A stretch of DNA of 64,000 nucleotides from Chroococcidiopsidaceae cyanobacterium. GTDB lineage: Bacteria > Cyanobacteriota > Cyanobacteriia > Cyanobacteriales > Chroococcidiopsidaceae. The notes under the pieces are model-generated. The model had not been told where the DNA came from. It saw only the letters and a program-made list of their open reading frames with translations, and searched no databases. Positions 57,317 to 64,000 of the stretch are shown here, one piece after another. The stretch is from positions 4,318-68,317 of the forward strand of contig JBGTCQ010000208.1 of NCBI GenBank assembly GCA_041748755.1. Reading direction: 5' to 3'. Made by a program: the position numbers and the translations under genes. Positions within the stretch are counted from its first letter, which is position 1; each line of letters opens with the position of its first letter.

Positions 57317-59941
57317 CTATAGCCAGTTTCCTACCAAAACATAAGGTGCCCAATAACCTGGACGGCTGTAATTAGGATACTTCTTCATCAGAGTTAGTTG
57401 CGCACGACGCAGGGCTTCGGCTTTAGTTACTTGATTGGCTAGCTCTCGATAAAACTCACCGATAAAAATGGCAGTGGCTTGATCATCTATCTGCCACAGA
57501 GAGGCCAATGTACTACGCGCTCCAGCCCGTACAGATACGCCAGCAAGTCCCAAGGCAGCTCGTTTGTCTCCAGCTGCTGTCTCGCAGGCACTGAGGACTA
57601 GTAATTCAATTGTCTCTGTTTGGTTTCTAGTACGAAGTAAATTGTCTAACTGGTTAACATTAATTGGACCATCTGAAGCGAGGATAAATGTATTCTTTGC
57701 CTGGGAACTAAATTGACCGTGAGTAGCAAGATGAATCACATTGAAAGGCGATGAGTCAATTTCTTTTTCCAAGGTTTTACTGGTGAACTTGTAATCGAGG
57801 AGCTGATTAATTGATACCCCAGCTTTCTCAATTAAATCGAATTCTGATTTAACTGCGGGTAGTGGCGGGTAGGAAAAGTTGGCAGGGGCAATGCTTAGTC
57901 CGGCAGTTAGGGCTTTTAAGCGTCCCAGTGGCAAAGGCTTGGAGTCTAGCAGTTGTAAACCTAGACTTAATGCTACAGCGTACTTCTCTACCAGATACTG
58001 TTTACCGTCGTAGAGGGCTGCCATTGGGATATTCCGCAAAGGACCATCTAGAACAAACACCAGCGTCTCGACTCCACTCTGCTCCAACTCTGCCACGTTC
58101 GGTTCAATTAACCAGCTATATACTTCTTGAGATAAAGCTTTAACATCTTTGATGGTGTCGGGTTCTGTGAGCTTTTGCTGCAACTGTTGTAGGGTTTGTT
58201 CAACTTGGCTCTGGGATACATTAATTGTGTAGTGGCGTAGGGGCTGTTTGGGTATCTTCAGGATCACTTCTAAGCGATCGCGCAAAATAATCGGGTAGAT
58301 GACTGCTGCCGTTGGATTATCTTGGTCAACTACTTTATCAATTAGCACTGACTTAGCTTCTAAACACGCTTCCCGAAAGAAGTTGTCTAATTCAGCTAAT
58401 TGCAGAGATTCAATCACACTCCGAGCTTGGACTAAATTTTGTTGACTGGGTTTGGAGTTTTGCGCGTGCAAGAGCAAATCAACTAGCTCTCGATACACGG
58501 GTTCTACTTCATCTCGAAAGGAAAACTGAATTTCTGGATTAATCGCAACTAAATCACTGCGTAAAGACTGTAGGGTACTAACCGCTTCGGTGTAGGTAGC
58601 GATCGCGCCTTGCGTATCTCCTTGAGCTTTTAGTAAGCGTCCTAGCTGCCACTGCCAGCGATAGGCAATATCCGGCGCATTAATCGATTGGGCAAGCAAC
58701 AGGGCTTGCTCAGTCAAGTCTTGAGCGCTCAACCACTGCTGAGTCTGTTCATACAGCCCACCTAGATTACCAAGGGCGTAAGCTTCTGCGCGTTGATCTC
58801 CTAAGCTTTTAGCTTGTTGAACAGATTTGGCTAATAGCTGGGCAATATATAAGGGGCTAGAAGAGATACTTTTGTCTCCTCCTACAAAAGCCTTGCCATT
58901 GCCTAATTTCATCAAACTCTGGGCAAATTCAATCTGGGCATAAACTGACTTACTACTTGGAGGTAAGGCAGTAATTTGGGATTCAATTTGAGGCAACAAA
59001 GCTTGTGCAGCGCTTAATTGCTTGGTTTCTAGTAACAGACTGAGTTGATTTAGTTGAGCTTGTGTTCTTGTGATTAGAGATGAAGATAAGGTTGCGGCTT
59101 GTTGGTAAAACGCTGATGCTGCTTTAGGGTTTTGCTGCGATCGCGCTGTATTGCCTAAACTAAATAAGGCAGCGGCTATATCTTGAGGCGATCGCATGTG
59201 CTGTGCCAGGGCTAGACTTTGCTGCAATATTTGCTGTGACTTGTCTAGATCACCCACTACCCGCAAAGTATTACCAAGACTATGCAATCCAGCTACTTTA
59301 ATTGATGAGGCTGGTTGTTTTTGCAGCGTTTGGTTTGCAGAGTTTAATGTCGCCAAAGCTCGACGGTAAAGCCCTAAGGCTTGCAGTGCTTGGGCTTGAT
59401 TAATCAAGCTACGAGTAATTCCAGTCTGATCGCCTGCTTGAGCATAAGTAGCAGCAGTTTCTTGCCAGGTGGTGAGAGCTTGTTGAGCTTGTCCCAGTGA
59501 TAACTGTAGAGTAGCTTGAGTATTTAAAGCTTGGGCAAGAATTTGTGAACGTTTGGAGTTGCCTGCATTTTGTTTTGTCTGTAGTAGTTTTAGACTTTGG
59601 GCAATTACTTTTGTTGCTTGCTCCCACTGTCCAAGTTGCTGATAAGCCAACGAAAGATTGCTTAACACCATAGCTTGATTCAGTACATCACTTTGGGCTT
59701 GATAAGCTTGTTGCCAAACTATTACCGCTTTAGAAAATTGTTCTGCTTCATATAGTTCTCTGCCTTGCTGAACAAGCTGTTTCGCATCATGTAATTGGAC
59801 GATAGGATTTATCGCCGGAATGCTTGCCCAAGTGGGTAATATTCCTGCACCTAAAGACCACAAGATTAGACTTGCTCCTGAACAGGCTTGCTTCAGAAAG
59901 GGCTGGACACTATAGAAAAATACACACCGTTTTCTTGCCAT
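57317..59941 (-). CDS. Secreted TPR-repeat protein with a C-terminal CHAT (caspase-like) protease domain
   Basis: Signal-like N-terminus (ASLILWSLGAGILPTWA), a long TPR-like helical region, and a CHAT dyad of His in VIHLATHGQF and Cys in LVLSACETAAGD (Cys codon 57584-57586). Confidence 0.9.
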   Translation of the reverse strand: MARKRCVFFYSVQPFLKQACSGASLILWSLGAGILPTWASIPAINPIVQLHDAKQLVQQGRELYEAEQFSKAVIVWQQAYQAQSDVLNQAMVLSNLSLAYQQLGQWEQATKVIAQSLKLLQTKQNAGNSKRSQILAQALNTQATLQLSLGQAQQALTTWQETAATYAQAGDQTGITRSLINQAQALQALGLYRRALATLNSANQTLQKQPASSIKVAGLHSLGNTLRVVGDLDKSQQILQQSLALAQHMRSPQDIAAALFSLGNTARSQQNPKAASAFYQQAATLSSSLITRTQAQLNQLSLLLETKQLSAAQALLPQIESQITALPPSSKSVYAQIEFAQSLMKLGNGKAFVGGDKSISSSPLYIAQLLAKSVQQAKSLGDQRAEAYALGNLGGLYEQTQQWLSAQDLTEQALLLAQSINAPDIAYRWQWQLGRLLKAQGDTQGAIATYTEAVSTLQSLRSDLVAINPEIQFSFRDEVEPVYRELVDLLLHAQNSKPSQQNLVQARSVIESLQLAELDNFFREACLEAKSVLIDKVVDQDNPTAAVIYPIILRDRLEVILKIPKQPLRHYTINVSQSQVEQTLQQLQQKLTEPDTIKDVKALSQEVYSWLIEPNVAELEQSGVETLVFVLDGPLRNIPMAALYDGKQYLVEKYAVALSLGLQLLDSKPLPLGRLKALTAGLSIAPANFSYPPLPAVKSEFDLIEKAGVSINQLLDYKFTSKTLEKEIDSSPFNVIHLATHGQFSSQAKNTFILASDGPINVNQLDNLLRTRNQTETIELLVLSACETAAGDKRAALGLAGVSVRAGARSTLASLWQIDDQATAIFIGEFYRELANQVTKAEALRRAQLTLMKKYPNYSRPGYWAPYVLVGNWL

Positions 59942-61659
59942 GTTCTTTCCTCCTGTGAGGAGATATTGACTAAAGGAATACCCCAGTCCAGACGGGCAGT
60001 GATATTACCCAATTGAAAGCGTAAGCCAAGACCTAAAGACCCTAGAGTATTAGGATCAGGGTTAGTTCCTAAATTCCAGGCAGTGCCAAAATCAATAAAT
60101 GGGGTAAGCTGGACAACCAATCGCCGCCGTGGTTGACGGTAAATTGGGAAGCGAAACTCTGCGGAGACAAGTGCGCCACTATCAGTTAGTAGAGCATCTT
60201 GACGATAGCCTCGGACACTTTCTATACCACCTAACCCAAACTGTTCTAAAGGCACAAGCTCATCAGGAGACAGTTGCACATCAGCACGTAGTAATAGCAA
60301 AGTTTCTGGAGCTAACAGACGTACCCACTGTGCCTGTCCGCGCCAGGAGAAAAAGCGGCTATCAGGGGTATCTTCGTTTACTGTAGCGTTCAACGCACCA
60401 ATGCCAAGACTGAATTGCGATCGCGCCGCGATAACTTCAAAGGCATTCCGACTCGTCCATTCCTGAAAAAATTGTAGTGCCGAAATGCGGGTGCGTCCCT
60501 CTTCATCAGCTCCTGGCGAAAGCAGGGAAGGGAGAATTTCACTTGCATCTCCTGAAATATCACTTTCTCTTAGAGCAGCTGAAATATCACTTTCTCTTCG
60601 AGTAGCGGTGAAACCAAGGGCAAATTCTTGAGTGGGAGTTTGGGAAATTGGCTGGCGCAGTGTCAGTTCGTAGTAGCGCGACTTGCCATCTATATCAAAG
60701 ACTTCAGCAAATGGTTCTTCAATAATACTGCTGTCTGTAATTCCGTAGCTGAGGCTAAGAGTGCCATTGCGAGGATTGAGCGGCAATGTGTAACCAGTAT
60801 CTAAACCATTGCTGCCATCAGTATTACTGTAAGCTAAGCTCAAACCATCTCCCAGTCCCAGTAAGTTGGCTTCATTTAGCTGTAGCCGCCGTCGGAAGCT
60901 GCCAACGCTAGGCGATCGCCCGTTATCAGCTACAAGTTGAGTATTGAAAGTTTTTGCCTCTGTCACTTGCACTTCTAGTACACTTGTTCCTGGGCGCGTT
61001 CCGGCAGCTAGTTCGGCAGATAAGTTTTGAATTAAAGGATTGAGTTGTAGTAGTTGTAAGGCTTCTAGCAGGCGCTTTTGATTTAGGGGAATGGATCTGG
61101 GTAGGCGATCGCGCACATAGCTAGCCTGTAACCGTCGTGTGCCAGTTACATTAATTGCTTCCAAACTGCCTTCGACAACCTGAATTTTAATCACGCCTCC
61201 CTGAAGCGTTTGAGGCGGGATCAGAGCACCCGACGTAATATATCCCCGGTCAATGTAGAGTTGGGTAACGGCGGAACGAGCTTGGAAAAGTTCAGTAAAT
61301 GAGAGAGGCCGATTGATAAACCCAGCGAGTACCTGATCTAATTCTGCCTTGCTGAATACAGTGCTGCCAACTACCTCGAACCGTTTAACCGTAATTTTTT
61401 CAGGAATACCTGGAATTGGTGCAGGAGTTGTCGTTGGAGGCGGGGATAATAACTCTTCTGGAGGTGGCAGCGGCGCAGGTGTTGGGAGTTGTGGGGTAGG
61501 ATCAGTAGGCGGTAGGATGTCTTGCGGGGGAGGCGTTGGCGGGAGTTGAGGAGTTTGCGCTCTTGAAGACTCAGCAGTCATGACACTGATCAACACAACC
61601 AAACTAAGTTGAAGACAAGATGGGTGAATGCAGAGGCGCAGAGGAATTCTATGACCCAT
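59893..61659 (-). CDS. ShlB/FhaC/HecB-type two-partner secretion outer-membrane transporter
   Basis: Signal peptide, Pro-rich linker, POTRA region (ITVKRFEVVGSTVF, IKIQVVEGSLEAINV), and a C-terminal beta-barrel ending ..YFSIVSSPF. Confidence 0.9.
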   Translation of the reverse strand: MGHRIPLRLCIHPSCLQLSLVVLISVMTAESSRAQTPQLPPTPPPQDILPPTDPTPQLPTPAPLPPPEELLSPPPTTTPAPIPGIPEKITVKRFEVVGSTVFSKAELDQVLAGFINRPLSFTELFQARSAVTQLYIDRGYITSGALIPPQTLQGGVIKIQVVEGSLEAINVTGTRRLQASYVRDRLPRSIPLNQKRLLEALQLLQLNPLIQNLSAELAAGTRPGTSVLEVQVTEAKTFNTQLVADNGRSPSVGSFRRRLQLNEANLLGLGDGLSLAYSNTDGSNGLDTGYTLPLNPRNGTLSLSYGITDSSIIEEPFAEVFDIDGKSRYYELTLRQPISQTPTQEFALGFTATRRESDISAALRESDISGDASEILPSLLSPGADEEGRTRISALQFFQEWTSRNAFEVIAARSQFSLGIGALNATVNEDTPDSRFFSWRGQAQWVRLLAPETLLLLRADVQLSPDELVPLEQFGLGGIESVRGYRQDALLTDSGALVSAEFRFPIYRQPRRRLVVQLTPFIDFGTAWNLGTNPDPNTLGSLGLGLRFQLGNITARLDWGIPLVNISSQEERTWQENGVYFSIVSSPF

Positions 61660-63934
61660 TACAGGTAGTAGGCTTTAGCCAAGGAGTATGAGGAGTGACG
61701 GTAGGAGCTTGGGCTACAAGGACTACCTCACCCTTGGAGCCTATCACCCACCCTTGGGCTTCTACAAGAGGAGTTGGCTGGGAATTAGTCGGATTAGTGG
61801 AAGCAGCACTAGCGCGATCACGATCGCCTTGAACGGGCGTGCCTAAATCTGCTAGAGCTAAGTTACTTCTAAGAGCTTCTGTAGGAGTAGGCGGTAAGCC
61901 ACCGCGTCCAGTAGCCACAAATTTACTCGCTCCTCTAGCTGTGTTACCTCCACCTACTGAACAGCCCTGGGCAATCAGTCCGCTGACATCGACTAGCTCT
62001 GTTGGTAAGGTAACTAACCCGCCGCTAGGGTCGATTTCTGGTCTATTGATTTCTACCACACCGTCTACTCCTAGATCAGAACTAGCGGTAATATCACTCT
62101 CTGAGGTACGTTTGCTTCTAGGTTCTATTCCAAAGATTTCTTGAGTATTAATTTGGATATTACCCCCTCGTCCCCCAATGGCAGTAGCAGTTATATCACT
62201 ATCTTCTACGCCTAACAATACATCTGTATCGATATTAATATCGCCACCATTCCCACTACCGCGACTAGCATCTGTAGCTATCTCACTTTTGTCGCGCAAT
62301 AGCAATAGATCCAGATCCTGTAGCCTTATATCCCCACCTTCACCAGATTCACTTGTAGCTGTGAGTTTTCCTTTGTTATCCAGACGTATAGAGCCAGCTG
62401 TAACTTTTATATTGCCTGCATTTCCTGTTCCTACACTGCTAACATTTACTGTTGCTCCATCCCGGACAATCAAGTTACCTGTAGTAAAGATTGTTAAATT
62501 TCCAGCATTTCCTGCGCCTTTAGTGCTAGTAAATAAGCCGCTGGGAGAACCATTTGGTCTTGTCCCTCTCAACTCCACGGAGTCAGAGGAGTTCACCATT
62601 AAATCCCCTCCTCGTCCATTTGCTGGTATAGATTGCCCTGAATTGGGATCGAATCTATCAGCAGATTCTGTTGACACTAGGGCCCCATCCTGGATAAGTA
62701 ATCTCCCCGTGTTAATAGTTAAGTTACCTGCATTTCCGTCATCGACGGTTGAACTAATCAAGCTACTAGGTGCATATTCAATACGATCTGTTAATGGTAT
62801 TGGGTGACTGCCGATTAGTTTAACTGAGTCCGAGGCATTCACGGTCAATTGTCCTCCTGAACCCTTACCATTAGTAGCAGTGAAAACTTGTGCCCCGTCT
62901 TTGACAATTAATTGCCTAGTATTGATAGTTATGTCTCCTGCATCTCTAGAACTCTCAGCTAGAGTTGACAATGACGTACCAACTCCGGTTAACTCTATGC
63001 TCTCTGAGGCAGTCACTGTCAAATTTCCTGACTGTAATTCTCCAGTTGTATTAGCAATCAATAAACTGTCTATGAGTTTAATCGCTCTACCCTGCAACTG
63101 AATTTCGCCACCACCTTTGCCACTAGCCTCGACTACAGAGTTTTGGGATAGTTGGATGTCCTTGAAGTCCTGTACGCCCTCATATCCCAAAAGCAAGCCT
63201 TCTTGTGTTGGTTTAAAGCTGACCTGACCATTTCCAGCAACACTTCCTAGCTCAATCCGTCCTCTTTCTGCTGTTAGATTTCCGCCCTCAAACAACACAT
63301 CCCCACCCACTAAAGCCAAAGTTTTACCTTCCTGTACCTGTAGACCGACAGGTGGTAAGTCCTGGCTATTGTTTACTCCATTTGTACTAGCTTGGGAGCG
63401 GTTAATGATACGTCCTGGATTTGTTCCAAACTGTAAGCCAACAGGGACACTTACTGACAGCAGGGGTGTGACTTGGGGAGCTGTGGCAGTGAATTGGGTA
63501 CCATCAGCAAGGTTAAGGCTACTTGCCGTACTTGCCAGAAATGAACCACCAATGTTCAGAGAGGCATTTGAACCAAAAATAATTCCGTTGGGATTGAGCA
63601 GAAACAGGTTAGCAGTGCCTTGAGTTTTAATTAATCCATCAATACTAGAAGCAGAAGGCCCCGTCACACGACTAACGATATTTTGAATCTTTAGGTCGTT
63701 ATTGAAAAGAACCTCGCCTTCAGTGGGTATAGAAAATTTATCAAAACTGTGGAACAGGTTGCTTCCGGCTTGGGTTCCCCCTTCAATAACGCTGGTGTTA
63801 CCAGAGGAAGTAACGATAGAATTGTTAGGTAGAGTTCCATCGGGAGTAATTTGGGCAAGGGAGCAATTGCTAGAGATTGATCCACAAATCGTTAAAGAAG
63901 TCACTAACCCTAATTTCCAGCGCCAAATACTCAT
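61649..63934 (-). CDS. Two-partner secretion exoprotein with a filamentous-haemagglutinin N-terminal (TPS) domain and beta-helix repeats
   Basis: Signal peptide, then a TPS domain (NLFHSFDKFSI ... ANLFLLNPNGIIFG). Repeated G.G.GG.I.I / NAGNLTI beta-helix units. Cyanobacterial-type C-terminus ATGRGGLPPTPTE. Confidence 0.9.
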   Translation of the reverse strand: MSIWRWKLGLVTSLTICGSISSNCSLAQITPDGTLPNNSIVTSSGNTSVIEGGTQAGSNLFHSFDKFSIPTEGEVLFNNDLKIQNIVSRVTGPSASSIDGLIKTQGTANLFLLNPNGIIFGSNASLNIGGSFLASTASSLNLADGTQFTATAPQVTPLLSVSVPVGLQFGTNPGRIINRSQASTNGVNNSQDLPPVGLQVQEGKTLALVGGDVLFEGGNLTAERGRIELGSVAGNGQVSFKPTQEGLLLGYEGVQDFKDIQLSQNSVVEASGKGGGEIQLQGRAIKLIDSLLIANTTGELQSGNLTVTASESIELTGVGTSLSTLAESSRDAGDITINTRQLIVKDGAQVFTATNGKGSGGQLTVNASDSVKLIGSHPIPLTDRIEYAPSSLISSTVDDGNAGNLTINTGRLLIQDGALVSTESADRFDPNSGQSIPANGRGGDLMVNSSDSVELRGTRPNGSPSGLFTSTKGAGNAGNLTIFTTGNLIVRDGATVNVSSVGTGNAGNIKVTAGSIRLDNKGKLTATSESGEGGDIRLQDLDLLLLRDKSEIATDASRGSGNGGDINIDTDVLLGVEDSDITATAIGGRGGNIQINTQEIFGIEPRSKRTSESDITASSDLGVDGVVEINRPEIDPSGGLVTLPTELVDVSGLIAQGCSVGGGNTARGASKFVATGRGGLPPTPTEALRSNLALADLGTPVQGDRDRASAASTNPTNSQPTPLVEAQGWVIGSKGEVVLVAQAPTVTPHTPWLKPTTCNGS

Positions 63935-64000
63935 CTAGTGATTTATTCCAAAATCTGCTTAACTTATAAATAAACACTAGTTCAGCGGACTACTGCTAAT

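Noticed and set aside
57317-59941. TPR-CHAT protein as a type III-E CRISPR Craspase (Csx29) component
   Set aside because: There is no gRAMP/Cas7-11 gene, no other cas gene and no CRISPR array anywhere in the window. The protein has a secretion-type N-terminus and is embedded in a TPS operon.
62178-62807. 209-aa plus-strand ORF, with neighbours at 61839-62144, 62880-63101 and 63369-63623, inside the TpsA gene
   Set aside because: These are antisense shadow ORFs of a repetitive beta-helix gene. Their products are low-complexity Ser/Pro/Leu-rich sequence with no start context, and the minus-strand gene has strong domain evidence.

Overview
Cyanobacterial chromosomal segment. The HIP1 octamer GCGATCGC recurs (e.g. 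1172-1179, 3455-3462, 10844-10851), and the gene content (Tab2/DUF1092, AvaK-like PRC-barrel/DUF2382 proteins, a WD40 Ser/Thr kinase, DUF3326) fits a filamentous cyanobacterium. The window opens at the replication origin: dnaA (5' end off-window), a DnaA-box cluster, then dnaN. I call about 60 protein-coding genes and saw no rRNA, tRNA or CRISPR array by eye. The housekeeping backbone includes a P2-type cation ATPase, class II FBP aldolase, NUDIX, RidA, SDR, PmbA/TldD, Tab2, an Hsp70-like protein, Eda, PurN, a tandem-domain CobO, a Cu(I) P1B-ATPase and Mug. Accessory or unusual content, in window order: (1) a VapBC-type toxin-antitoxin cassette flanked by a 63-bp direct duplication of the junction it interrupts. 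(2) A tandem array of four AvaK-like paralogues, the last carrying three 123-bp in-frame repeats. (3) A solitary HTH-NACHT STAND NTPase. (4) A roughly 12-kb ABC-transporter-dependent (Wzm/Wzt) glycan cluster with methyltransferase, GMC oxidoreductase, sulfotransferase and four glycosyltransferases. It shows clear mosaicism: a wzm 3' relic, a possible sulfotransferase 5' relic, and a GC drop starting inside wzt. (5) A translationally coupled four-gene operon (65-aa protein, DUF3326, CPBP/Abi protease, low-GC 162-aa unknown). (6) A three-gene operon of TpsA exoprotein, TpsB porter and a signal-peptide-bearing TPR-CHAT caspase-like protease. I consider (6), and secondarily the sulfated-glycan cluster, the best candidates for an undescribed system. 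All family assignments come from motif recognition by eye and need HMM or BLAST confirmation.
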